Part shown: one piece after another, positions 1-12,075 of the stretch | Layout: each line of letters starts with the position of its first letter | Numbering within the stretch: the stretch's first letter is position 1 | Position numbers and translations under genes: made by a program | Source of the DNA: Takakia lepidozioides | Taxonomy: Eukaryota; Plantae; Bryophyta | Direction of reading: 5' to 3' | DNA length: 64,000 bases | Assembly: GCA_030704615.1 (NCBI GenBank) | Contig: CM060731.1 | Coordinates: 70,494,001 to 70,558,000 of the forward strand | The notes under the pieces: generated by a model | Database searches by the model: none | Told to the model about the DNA's origin: nothing | The model's input: the letters and a program-made list of their open reading frames with translations, nothing else

Positions 1-1492
1 GCTCAATTTTACGAAAGTAGATTGTGAGTAAGGACCGGAGAACGGTATGATAATCATCATGACGCTTAGGCAGGAGATTGTCAGCCAGGAGTTCTTTGCA
101 TGAAAACCTTGCCTCTCTTTAGTCCTACACAGCAGTGAAAACTTCGCACATGGTACAAAACTTGCTTGACAACTTAATGTCTGCAGTAACAATTTACCAC
201 CTATGGAGGCCTCTCAAGGGTGGCAATGTTTTTTGAGTCCCCTCTTCCAACAGCTCCATCTTATGCAAAAACTCCTGCAACAGGTTTTGCCTCCAACTGT
301 CATTTAGACGTGTCCCATAGCTTTTGTGATTTTCTCGAGCATTGTGCAAATCAAGGTTGGCTTGGTGAAGTTCTTTTCTGGAATTGGACCAAGCCCTGTT
401 GGTTTCATCAGAGTGAGAATAGAAATGCTCTAATCTCTCAAGGCCGTCTTCTGTTTCCCACTCTTTAAAGAATCAATGGTGGACTTGGGCCTCTGTGAGT
501 TCATAGTCCATGTCATTCACCAGCTCCCTTAAAAGTTTCATCTTCTCAAGTTCAACTCCTCAATCTCTCTGTCCCTCTTGGAGACCAAGTCCTGCTTCAT
601 GCAAATGTTGCATCTCATCATGCATTTTCCACATGCTTAGATTCTAGTATAGACCTCAGAAACCAGTGGAAGTACCTGAAAAACAACCAGCTATGTCCAT
701 TTTTCATGCAATGCCACTCTATCTAGCAAGCCATGGATTCAAGTCATGTGAACAGTACATCTACTTAGCAAGCAACATATGATTTGTTGAAGATTCCAAA
801 AGACAACATACCATGGGCTACCGGCTGATGGGCTTCTTGAAAATAGTCTCATGCCTCAACAACAATTTATGACTTCTTGTAACATGCAATTCCAAATACT
901 ACTTACAAACTAGATCATGTTTGGGCAAATGCTCTTAATCAACATTGTACATTTGGTAACAGAAGTATATTGAACAAACCATACACATGTATTTATTGCT
1001 TTTAAAATACCTAATTATATTCTTGGCCACAAACATATCTTACATCATTTCTGATACACCATCACTTGAAGCATTTCTTCACCATACGAGGAGCCATTAC
1101 GCTACTAGCCGCTTGTTTATTTAAGAGAGAAGCAGAGCCCTTATATTGGAAACATATCAGTGTTTTTCGACCTTCAAAGGAATTATGGGGGATCCAGTAG
1201 TTCAATATTTGGAGCCTAATGTTTCTTACGTACTCCTGTTAAAATGTGCCATCTGTCAAATAACCACTTTTCTAGTGCCCGCCACCTCGTTATTCTCGCC
1301 ACATGGGCGCTGGGCAAATTTACATGTGGCCCTGTGGCAATTTTGGGAAAAATGAAAACATAAAAAAACACTGGAACATTTCGAATTATACTTAGGTGGT
1401 ACTAGGGAGTCTCGAGAGGTAACTAGTAGCTAGATAAGCTGGTTTTTGATTTCGATTAGTTACCAACGCTAGAAACCCGGAGTCCCTAGGCA

Positions 1493-4400
1493 CTATATCT
1501 TTGCGTGAACGTAGTCTTTGAAGATGAAGTATTTTTCTCCGTGTTTCAGTGCATACGCCAACAAGACATTGATCGTTGCTCCGGTGGCTATGAGCAATCG
1601 CAGAGGCAGGGCAAACGGCAGTCCAGAGATCGCTGCTAAGCCCATCACCACAGCGTGGCCTGCAAATACTTTCTGCCAAAAACGGGATGACTCTAGTGCT
1701 TTTGTGCAGGACGCACACTTGCTTGTGTGGCTGTTGAATCGATCCAACATCTATACCAATCACAACAAGTCTGCATCAGTATGTGTTCTCGAATCATAAG
1801 CAGCAAGGAATATGCACAGGGCACCAAGAGGAAGGACCACAACAAGTCTGAATCAGTATGTGTTCTCGAATCACAAGCAACAAGGAATCTGCAGAGGGCA
1901 CCAAGAGGAATGACGTATGTATATATATGCAAAACTGGTCATAGATTGGTTGATTTGGTGCATGACATAGTACTGATCAGAGAACCAAAATGGCAAACGT
2001 CAAGATGGATTCCAGATTAGCACCTCGCGTCTGGTCATGTTGACGAGTTGACGAGGCTTGCTGGTAGGCGCCCATTCAACTTTGCCACCACCATAGCGGT
2101 GAAGCCAATTGCGGAATGCAAGCACAAAACGATCTGAGGAAGTGGGTGTGAATGTGATTTTGGAGTATTGTTCGCTCTCAGTTTCTATTCCCTTCTTGAG
2201 AAGTGTGTGTTCTTGGCCCACAAGTAGTACCAGATCCCCATCCAAAATATCATTTTGAACCAAGTGCTCCAACCACCGCGGATAGAGCTGCAAAATTCCA
2301 TAGCAGTTTCTTCTTTGACGATCAATTTTTTTTTGTGGACCACCAAAGTTTAGCTCCATATTCAAGATTAAACTCTGTAACTAAGCATGCCACAAGGAGC
2401 TTGTCATAGCATGCAACAGGGAACTTGCTCAAGAGTATTGAACACACTGTACCTTACCCCACACGGCAGCTATAGGTTTTTGGTTGGATCCAAGGATTGT
2501 GCGGTAGATAGTCGAAATTACACGAACTACCCCGGGAGCCACAGGAACTTCGAATAAACAATGGTTTTGTTGAACCTTGAATTCCCCAAAAATCGGTACA
2601 GTCATGACATATTGAACCCTGCTTGCAATATTCACATTCCCATTGTCAGAAAATATTCTTCGCTAATCTACATCATGCCACATTTCAACCCATCCAAAGG
2701 AATGGAGACCAGTAATGTGCTGAACCCAACTGAGCTGAGCTTCATTGATGGGCATTTGAAGAGAAGAAGCTGACGGAGGGATGGGTCTCACCTAGAGAAG
2801 ACAAAGCAAGGCGCATGAAATTCAACCTCGAGCCATGGCTTATCGTTGCCAGCAAAACCCCAGGGCCCAACTGAGGACCCTAACTTGAGAGGCATAGGCG
2901 TTGCGTCTTCCCTCCTTCCTGCAACCTGCTCCACACGCACAACTTATCTGATTAAAATGATCCGTGAGTAAATTTTGAATGTATTTTTTGAAGGATTTTG
3001 GGTTATGGAGGTAAATGCAGACCCATGTGAAGATGGCCACCCTCCATGAAATTTTCAGAATTCTCTGATGAGGTTTTACATTGGCTCCTTCGTATGTCCC
3101 TGATACTAATCTTTATCTTATCTTAATGTCCCTGAACGTAGGTAAAAGGTCTTGTCATTCCTAAGGCAACCCACAATTTTCCAAAAAACATTTCAGAACT
3201 TGGCTGAGTCGGGAAGTTTCTTAATCCTCCAGTCAAGCAAGGAGATTGTAGGCCGCATATATGCACGCCAAAAATTCAGGTCAAGCTAATCATATTTTAG
3301 GCACACTGTCTATACCCTTCATAGGTATTTCTATATATTTTTTTTTACTCCTGAAGGAAGCGTAAATTATGGTGTCTCCTGACCCTGAATGGCTATTGTC
3401 TTCCGGAGGGAAGGTGGACACCATTGTGACACCAATTGGTGAATTGATCCCACGACCACTTCCCAGGTGGAATGTGCGGATTACCAGTGGGCTGCAACTG
3501 GGCTCTGTTTGCTGATGTAACTCACTTATATGCACCCTATGGAGGAATGAGTACTATATAAGCAAAGCCTGCCATGCACGTATGGACCCACCACGCCATC
3601 TCTAAGCTCAAATGTGGTGGCCCACCCTAATATCAAGTATGATGCTTTCCATGGAGCCCTATCATAGGCCCATGATAGGGCCCACCCCGGAAAGGGGGTA
3701 GTAGTAGCCGTGAGGCGAAGTGGTTCTCAGTTACCTAGGCTTCGGTTGGAGTCTTCTCTCTAGAACCCTATCATGGGCCATGAGAATCCCATGTGTGGGC
3801 CACTCACCCGCCCAGCCACATGCAGTTTAGCATGATGGGGGCAAGACGCGATGAGAAAACATATCAAAAATGTGGAGCGACTTTTCTTATCTTCTTTTAG
3901 AGGACACAATCTTTTTTTTGTTTTTTTTAATAACAGGGCACAAAGGCCCTGATGAAGAAGGACCAAAAATAAGTAAAATCTCATTAGTATGTGCAACAAT
4001 TAGAATGTGAGTGTGACAAGGTACATGGCTTTTGGGAGAGCACAGACCTTATGATGTGCGAAAAAGGGGTGGGCAGGGTCTAATATGTTCTCCATGCTCA
4101 CAGTATAATCATAGGACACCTCTCGGACATAAGTCTGACAGAAATTGTCTGGGTCCTCAAAGTCTGAAGGCAACCTGCACCCAAGTCCGTCACAAGTTTT
4201 GGAATTAAATTACTTATATAATAATAGAACCGACGTAACTAAGAGCCACTTCACCTTGCCGCTATATAAGAATAATAATGATAATAAACACTCGAGACAC
4301 ATTTGCTTTCATGCATTATTGCTAATCACCAACCGTTGTGTGATGCTCACTGCTTTTAGAAGATTATAGATAACAAGCAATTCTCAGTTGAGGTTTGTAC

Positions 4401-5657
4401 AATTACTTGGGAGAAATGAAAGAGTTACGTGTTGGAAGATCAAATATAATGGATGAATTTTTTGCATTGGAAGAGGTCAAAAGTGTACTTTTGGGGCTCG
4501 GTAGTGGATGCCATCTCCCATCCATGCTCATCGGGCCACACAAACAGTAGGCCCTGTGAAACTTGTGTGGGGAAGGAGACAGCACAAGCACGTGGAGAAA
4601 ACTGTGCATTGGCCTCCGGTCCCTCGGATGTTGCTTGCGGAATACCGCCACAAGTGCCATTACCTTTGAACGCCCATCCGTGGTATGTACACTGCAACTG
4701 CCCTTTCTCATTCACCCTTCCTTCCTGTCCATTCCAAAAAACGTAGTCACTAAACTTATGAATTCCTTGAGCATTGTCTCCATTTCCACTGTCATTTCAA
4801 GCCATCCTCTGTTTGTGGGATCTTTGATGCAGTTTCTGAAGGCCTAGAAGGTCATAATCATCCACAATAATTGAAGATTGATCGGTGCGTACATGAAGTG
4901 AGGAAGATTTAAGTACACAGATAATCCATAAATCATTTAATCACGTGTAACTTACAGACAAAGGAGCGAGTCTATGCGGACACTCATCAAGAAATGCTCT
5001 CCATATTTTGTCTCCATCTCGCCATAGCACGAGCTCCCGGCCCAACAGCGTCACAGGGGTTGGCACACTAGGATCCAAGTCCTCCTCAGGAAACACTGGA
5101 TACCAGTTGTTTTTCCACACAAATGGCTTGATCACACTTGGTTGTGTCTCCTCTCCCCTTTCCAAAGGCATGTTGTAATTTGTACCCCCAATGGATTTTT
5201 CCTTCTCTTCAAACATAGTGGGACTTGGGGAAGGAAATTGGTCATGACTAATAGTAGCCAGAATGGCGCCGTCATTTCTATGGACTGATCCATCCATTGT
5301 TGAGTTTGCCTTCGAAGCTTGCAAATACTCCTCATGTCCATGACCCAGTACATGGGTGGTAGACACGGATTTCAAGGAGCGGATCCTCCTAGACTGTAGT
5401 TCAATTCTGAAATTTTTTCGGCCCACAAGTCTATAGGCTTGAAGAGAAGTAGCCATGAGAGCTCTACTTGACTTCCTCCCTTGTCGCTCACTAAAGTTGA
5501 ACTTCAATGTGGCAAGGGTCTCACAGCGAGAGCCACATGTTTGCATGCTATAATCACGAAGCTGCATTGGCTGCATTGTGGACCGAGATGTTGCTAGCAT
5601 TGCAGAAGAGAGGCCTAGAGCATTGGGAAGACCAACAACTGACGCCGTAGTTGCCAT
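1493..5657 (-). CDS. PAO: Pheophorbide a oxygenase (PAO/ACD1/LLS1)-like Rieske non-heme iron oxygenase, 7 coding exons
   Basis: Exons read by hand with GT-AG boundaries: 5657-4956, 4724-4489, 4174-4048, 2925-2792, 2618-2453, 2287-2024, 1750-1493. Rieske motifs DECPHRLAPLS/EGR and CTYHGW; mononuclear Fe motif ENILDPAHPFFAHH; PAO-typical VAGRREDATPMP...GPWGF, TFTPTSSDRFVLAFRNWL, C-terminal HTSKCASC and FKDYVHA. The N-terminus is Ser/Arg-rich and transit-peptide-like. Confidence 0.9.
1762..1910. repeat. ~78-bp tandem duplication in PAO intron 6
   Basis: Two diverged copies of ACAACAAGTCTG(C/A)ATCAGTATGTGTTCTCGAATCA...GGGCACCAAGAGGAA, starting near 1762 and 1839. Confidence 0.85.
3331..3508 (-). 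mobile_element. tRNA-derived SINE family A, copy in PAO intron 3
   Basis: Reverse-complement match to 6978-7167 and direct match to 50429-50587 (GAAGGAAGCGTAAATTATGGTGTCTC...GGTGGACACC..TGTGACACCAA). Confidence 0.75.
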
Positions 5658-5986
5658 TGCAATGCTTACTTACTTGTTGTGCATTTTTCGGAAACAAAGT
5701 GATCCTCTTTTACGAAAAGACAAAACACAAGCAGATTGCAGGTGCTCTCTCAAACAGTTTCAGTTGCTAACTTACTCCCTCTCGAACTCAAGCTGCAGAG
5801 TGGGCAGTAGAGTGTGGGGTTATGTAGTCTGACAGATAAGTTAGAGCTCACATTTCGAAAAGTCAGTCAAACTCCGGTTCTGCGATACGCTGAGGTCATG
5901 TTTTGGACAAGAAGGGGCTCGTGCCCCAACAAATGTTGGATTGACTGGACACGATAAGATTCGAATTTCGTGCACTGCGTGTATAC

Positions 5987-6666
5987 CAGTGTTGGACTGG
6001 TATACCTGGTTGAACCTAGGTATGGAATACAGGTATGAATATATATATTGAAGAACATACCAGTCGGGTATGAACGAACCAGTGTACCCATGTGATACAC
6101 GTATTGGGGGGGTATGTCTTCTAAATTTAAGCGACCTCCCCTAAGGCGGTCGCTATTATTTTTTATTTCCAAATATAATGCAAACCCCCCCCCCCCCCAC
6201 ACACATACCATACCAGTCTGGGTATACGGAGGCATAGAATGGTCACGATACCAATATTGCTGGTGAGTTCATGGCGAATGGAGGTATGTATGAGTATATG
6301 TTAGTGCAGCTAGTTATAACCTGTATTACGATTTTGTTAATTCAAGGCTCCATGTTGCAATTCAGACTTCATTTGCTGTTTCGTGCTACTTTGAGTTACC
6401 TTTGCCTGGTGTTTCACGGCTTAGATTACAATCAGCTATGTGCTAAATGACAATTATTTCTATGTATGGTGAGCTGTAGAAATACCATACCAGTGCTCAT
6501 ACCCCCCCCCCCCCCCCCTAGCACTACAGAGAAAGGACAATACTAGTACCATACTCATATACATCCCAAAGTACAACTACTCATACCAGATTCATACCCA
6601 AGTTGCTCATACCTGTATAGATACCTATACCAGCGTAGTCTGGTATTAAAAAATGGACCAACACTG
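5987..6666. mobile_element. Non-autonomous hAT-type MITE (680 bp) upstream of PAO
   Basis: TIRs CAGTGTTGG / CCAACACTG; perfect 8-bp TSD GTGTATAC at 5979-5986 and 6667-6674; many subterminal GTATG/CATAC motifs; no coding capacity. Confidence 0.88.
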
Positions 6667-6875
6667 GTGTATACTGTGTTGTCGGTATGAGTAGTGCCAG
6701 CTCGGTCCCTGCTAACTAAGTAATGACAATGCTTTGTGTTCATCATTGCACACTAGGATTTTCTTTTTTTCTTTTTTTTCCTTCTCTTTTTGTCTTTTTT
6801 CTTTTGTTTTCTTTTACTATTGAGTGCCACCCAGCAGTGTCTTTTTTTTTAAATTTGGAAAATAACAGAAATGAA

Positions 6876-7285
6876 CAACAGTCAGTAGCTCGATTGGTTA
6901 GTGCACTGGTGCCACCCAGATGATTCTGGGGTCAAATCCTGCTACTTGATGGGTGTGGTATACTCTTCTCCCCCTTTGACAACCAAGTTGTAGCCTAGTG
7001 GTAATGGCCACATACCACCTCGGAAGTGATAGTGGGTTCCATCCACCGTTTCATGTCACAAAGGTGTCCACCTTCCTGCAGGAAGGTAGTAGGCCTTTGG
7101 GGTCAAGAGACACCATAATTTAAGCTTCCTTTGGGAGGCGTTATATATATATATATATATATATATATTCTCCCCCTTCCCTGGGCGGTGCCGAGGTTAC
7201 TGTGAAAGAGGTTATTTTTTCCTCTCAACTATTAAGGGGCTGATTGGTGAGCTGTCGCTCCCAGGTGTTTCCCTTAAGAAAAACA
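6876..7285 (+). mobile_element. tRNA-derived SINE family B, interrupted by a SINE A insertion
   Basis: A-box-like TAGCTCGATTGGTTAG and B-box-like GGGGTCAAATCC; body GAGGTTACTGTGAAAGAGGTTATT...ATTAAGGGGC shared with 7370-7540 (-) and 8410-8600 (+). Confidence 0.65.
6978..7167 (+). mobile_element. tRNA-derived SINE family A, full length with (TA)n tail and TSD
   Basis: A-box TAGCCTAGTGG, B-box GGGTTCCATCC, (TA)n tail 7142-7167, 11-bp TSD TTCTCCCCCTT at 6966-6976 and 7168-7178. Confidence 0.85.
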
Positions 7286-7369
7286 ATTCTACTAGTGTTG
7301 CGCGGGCATATAGGTGGGGAATAATCAGGTTGGGTTTTAATCTTTTTCATCCTTGTTTTTTTTTTTTTC

Positions 7370-7540
7370 AAAAAGGACAGCTCACAAATCAGGCATTAGG
7401 CCCCTTAATAGTGAATAACCTCTTTCACAGTAACCGCACCATAAGTGCGACACTGGCCAGGGAAGCAAAGAGAAAACCACAACAGGTCGATGAGGTGGGT
7501 GGCACTCTATGCACTATCCAACTGAGCTGCTGACTGTTGG
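7370..7540 (-). mobile_element. SINE family B, inverted copy
   Basis: Reverse complement reads CCAACAGTCAGCAGCTCAGTTGGATAGTGCA (matches 6876-6905) and GGTTACTGTGAAAGAGGTTATTCACTATTAAGGGGCC (matches 7195-7240). Confidence 0.65.
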
Positions 7541-7959
7541 TCTTGTTTATAATCAGATGAAGCATTCAAATAGGAAGTAGCTATTACCTATATGAGCCAT
7601 TCTTGAATGTATAATCACCAATAGGGTATCTAATTGGAACAAGTGCCATATAGGTGATTTTGGGTTCAAATCAAGCTAGCCATTTTCTCCCCCTTCTCAT
7701 ACGTAGTGTCCCATGAGCCTTGTGTTGCCTCATAAGAAGGCCCTTGAGGATTCCTCAATTCCTTGAGGCACAATTTTAGCACTTGATTGCAGGTGCTATT
7801 TTAGATTTTTAATTTTAGAATTAAATAGAAACCGAGTACTTCTCAAAAGTAAGCTGCCTACCAGTTTCGTGTGGGTATATAATTTTAGACATACGTCCAG
7901 GTCGCTGATATGAAGTCGCTAATATCTAAAAATGAGCGCCTGGGGTAATACATTATGTA

Positions 7960-8405
7960 CTAGAGAACGGACCGGGTTTGGCCGATTCTGCCCTGTAAGT
8001 GGCCTTTGGGCGAGCCCTATGGCCGCGCACAAGGCAGAGTCGGCCAAACCCGGCCCGTTCTTTGGCGTTAAAAGCAGGTGTGGCCTATTCTCGCCGCCAC
8101 CTGGTGCAATATGATCGGGGTCAATTATCCCATATAGATTGCCCAGATCCTGAGAGGAGGATATGCGAGCCACAAGGGGAGGCGGGCGGGATGATGGCTA
8201 CTGGCTGATGACATGGGCCTGGTGGTTGCTATGCCGTCCTCTGTGCATAATCGGCCATCCCTACCGATTCTGCCTTCCGAATCGGCAGTAGACCCTTGGG
8301 TGGCCGACAATCAGTCGAAAAAACGGCAGAATACGCCACACCTGCCTATAACGGAGGAAAAACATACCCTCGAGATCTGGATAATCTACTATTTCTGATA
8401 TAGAT
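7960..8405 (-). mobile_element. Non-autonomous Helitron-like foldback element, copy 1
   Basis: Homologous to 49220-49613 in the opposite orientation; ends in a GC-rich hairpin followed by CTAG|T; possible TCTATATC 5' end near 8404; internal inverted repeat CGTTAAAAGCAGGTGTGGC...GCCACACCTGCCTATAACG. Confidence 0.55.
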
Positions 8406-8409
8406 AGAC

Positions 8410-8600
8410 CCTCAGGGTTGGGATATGCTACTTATTTTAACTTGCTCTCCCCCTTCCCTTGGGCGGTGTCCCTAGAGCCTTGCGCTCGGCGCCTCATGCG
8501 AGGTTACTATGAAAGAGGTTATTTTCTCCTCTCACCACAATTAAGGGGCCTGATTTGTGAGGGGTTGCTCCGGGGTATTTCCCTTTATTTTTTTATTTTT
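8410..8600 (+). mobile_element. SINE family B, 5'-truncated copy
   Basis: CTCCCCCTTCCCTTGGGCGGTG...GAGGTTACTATGAAAGAGGTTATTTT...ATTAAGGGGCCTGATT matches 7170-7275. Confidence 0.6.
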
Positions 8601-8896
8601 TTTAAAGCAAAAAAAAACCCCCTTGAAAAACACCCATATTTGTGCAATTTGGTCTTGGAATCTGGCCTTGTGGAGCAGATTCTTGAGTTTCAATGCTCTT
8701 CGCACTAATATGAGGTATAGTTTGGTCTCTCACACTAATTGTGTCATGGCTGGGCTCCACAAAAAAGACATTAAGTGCATAGGAATCTTGGGGATTGACT
8801 TCATTGGTAAGGCTCCACAATAAAGACATTAGTGCATTGGAAGCTTGTGGATTGATATCATTGACATCATTGGTGACGCTCAATATAGACATATGG

Positions 8897-9200
8897 GAGC
8901 ACAAATCCAAGTCAAAGTGCACCTTGCGCTTCAAGCACTCCATCCTCCTCGCTCACATCGGAGCACAAATCCAAGTCAAAGTGCACCATGCTCTTCAAGC
9001 ACTCCATCCTCCTCGCTCACATCACAGCACAAACCTAAGTCAAAGGGCACCATGCTCTTCAAGCATTCCATCGTGGCTCCCATCACAACAGGTACCCAAG
9101 TCCAAGAGGGGATGTGTTGCCATAGCACGCCCACCTGGGCTCACATCACAGCATACCAAGTCCAAGAGGGGATGTGTTGTCATATCACGCCCACACACAA
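8897..9200. repeat. Tandem repeat of ~60-63 bp units (5 units, two subtypes)
   Basis: Three units GCACAAATCCAAGTCAAAGTGCACC...CTCGCTCACATC followed by two units CCAAGTCCAAGAGGGGATGTGTTG...CACGCCCAC. Confidence 0.85.
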
Positions 9201-11119
9201 CTCTTTGTGCGAACACATTAGGGCCAACTTCCATGTGCCGGCCGTCCAAACTTGGCTGACGTCAGTTGAGCATCGCTGACCAGTGGTAGGAATTGTTGTT
9301 TTTATGTGTGTAGGGGGGTTGAAGCAGTCCGGGCAGTAGGTCTGCCTTGCTGTCCAGGACCTGGTCCTTTGCTATGTCCCTTCAACAATATGGCCATTTC
9401 CACAATATCACCAAAGTCCCTTCCAGAGTATCACCAGAGTGCTGAGTAAAGGCTTTGTTCTAGTATTGGGTGGTTATTTGATTTCTTTCATAACCTTCGG
9501 TAACCATTCTAGTTTTTACAAAAATCATAAATTCAAAGAACCTCCTGTTTCGATTTTTATTTTTTATTTTTTATGGAAAGAACAATGAGATTTGGTTAAT
9601 TGTAAGAGCATCTCCACGGTGAGCACGGCCCGTCAAACCTGGTTACAGGGGCGACCGTATTTTTAACAAAGATTGGTTGGCTGACAGTCCCGTACCAGGC
9701 ACTGAGAGATAGCCCCGGGGGAGGCCCGCCGCACCATCACAATCCGGGCACGTTGACATTAACTCCCAAATAACTCACAAGTTTAATGTAGCACGGTTGT
9801 CGGGGTCCTAAGCCTAGGTCCTAATCCTGGTGTTTGAAATTGGAAAATTCCGGGTCTGGGTAGTTGCTGGAAAACATTAGCCCGTTTCACGGGTTCGGGT
9901 ATGGGTCATAATTAATTGATTAAATAAACTAAAAAATTGGGAATAATTGGGAAAATAAAGTATATTTGGCTGAAAAACAACTAAATCCTAAGGACAAATT
10001 TTATTTTAAGACATTCTTTCAAGATGTACCCTACATATATATGGCTCCTTCACAAATTAGGTACATGATGACACAAGAATGAAAATATCATTTAAGATCC
10101 ACCCAATGTCAATTTTAATTCTTAAACATGGTAAGAATTAATATGCCTCGTGGTTCACTATAGCAAAAAAACCGCACACCACACCCTAAACAAACCAAAA
10201 ACCAAATGAGAGAAAGGAGGAGGAGCATTACGCGAGAAGCTCAAGTGAGGGATGAGAGGAGGCACAAGTATAAGGTAAGTGCCACATTGTATTTTCTGTA
10301 TTATGGCATGGGCAAGCTACTGCCCATATTGCCAATTACAGGCTTGAGACCTTAGCCTAATGGTCTTTTACAAAGTCAAACTTGCGATAATCTTAAGATC
10401 ATAATGAGCAGCTCTGCAGCCTGTGATTGGCTGGACATTGTAGTGGGCTGTAGAGAATCAAGCCTACGATTGTGCCAAAGCATATTGCGCCAGCTGTGCA
10501 TATTCTTCTTTATTTATTTATTTAAAGTTTATGGTTTCTTTTTTCTTTCTTTTTTCTTTTTTTAGAGAAAGGGCATTGGCCCTGGAAATTTATTAAGATT
10601 ATTGAAGGGAAAAAAATTAAAACCCTTGATGCCCGTAGGCTGCCATAAAGGGCTTCTTAGTTTGCCTCTAAAATGGCAAAATCTGCCTCAGATAAAGCCT
10701 GATATATCATAAAGGACTGATATAAAATCTGCCTCATAATACTGGCTACATGTTTTTTCTTATTTATTTATTTATTATTTTAAAGAAAAGGAGCAGAGTC
10801 TAGAACATATTGCACCAAGTGGAAAAAATAACCACCAAGTTGGAGGCTTTGGAGGCTTACAAGGGGGAATCACCCCCTGACTACATACTTAGGTATGAAA
10901 TGTGGGCGGGTCAGGTTATATACAAGATCCACTTACACAAATATAATTGGTATATCCGGGTAATTATATTTGGGCACAACAATGGTTGCTAAGAGTGTTG
11001 TGTGGGTATGGGTCTTGACCCGTGACTTCCTTGGGGAGGCGTCATATATTATGATTAGGCGAGCTCCCACACACCCATGCTATAGTAATATATGAGCTTG
11101 AGGCATATTACTTTTCTTA

Positions 11120-12075
11120 ACATGTTTAAGAAATGATATTGAAGAACGGTTTTTTTTTTCTGGACAATGTCCTTCTTGCTCATGAGGCTCTGCACCAAGC
11201 TTATGTTATTAATCAGCCCTTGTTGCTTATGTTGGACTTTGAGAAACCCTTTGACAACGTGGATTGGCCTTTCTTTCTCACTGCTGTAAGAAAAGTTGGC
11301 ATTACCGGGATGTTCCTTGCCTGAATTAAAGTGGGGATTAGAATTCTTCTTTTTTCCGCTTCCAAGAGAGTCTCTGTGAACGGGGCTCTTTCTCCCTCCT
11401 TCCCGCTCCACCGGTCTGTCAGGCAGGGTTGCCCCCTAGCCCCTTTTCTTTTCATCATAGTTGTTGACGGATCATTGGGCCATCTTCTAGAGTCCACCCC
11501 TTTTGTTACGGGTCTAACCATTCCTAGATCCATGCCTCTCTCTTACTCTATCAAACCCTCTATGTATGTGGATGATACAGTGCTTTTTATTGATAACAGC
11601 TCTTATTTGAATGTGTTGAATGCTCTGGACGTGTTGGCCTCTTTTTGTGAAGCTTATGGTCTTTCCATCAACTGGAAGAAGTCTGTGGGTCTTTTGTCTC
11701 GATTTTAGAATCCTGAGCTTCGCATTGCGAGCCATGTGGTGCCAACCTGGGTTTGGTATGGCTCCAGGATGGACAGTCGCCGGTTTTTTTGGGGCATTTG
11801 ATTGGGCATGACCTTACTGATCATCAGAGATGTGCTCTAGTTTTGACTAGGCTCAAAAGGAATTTGTCTTTCTAGAGCGCAGTTCACCTGTCTATAGTTG
11901 GGAAAGCCCTTGTTGTGAATCAGGTTTTGCTTGCCTCCACCTGGTTCCCGATTCTGCTTGGTCTCTTGGTACGGCTATGTTCAATCAGATGAAGGCTCTT
12001 GTTCGTAATTTTCTTTGGGGTGCTTCCCCGGCCACCCCTGCTTGTCATCCTCTTGTCAGCTGGTGTCAAGTAATT
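11120..12075 (+). pseudogene. Degenerate L1-clade LINE reverse transcriptase fragment
   Basis: DNVLLAHEA, LDFEKPFDNVDWPF, SVRQGCPLAPFLF, YVDDTVLF, GLSINWKKS, LVRNFLWG; several stops and frameshifts. Confidence 0.9.

Noticed and set aside
180-700. ORF 220-468 and a possible minus-strand coiled-coil remnant
   Set aside because: No recognisable family; multiple frameshifts would be needed
3020-3058. ENFMEGGHLHMGLH as the PAO iron-binding exon
   Set aside because: The true motif exon with proper splice sites is at 4048-4174; this one is intronic and followed by a stop
6880-7050. tRNA genes
   Set aside because: Only A/B-box heads without a full cloverleaf; followed by shared bodies and tails (and a TSD for SINE A), typical of SINEs
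8897-9200. CRISPR-like array
   Set aside because: Units are contiguous tandem repeats without unique spacers; eukaryotic context; no cas genes
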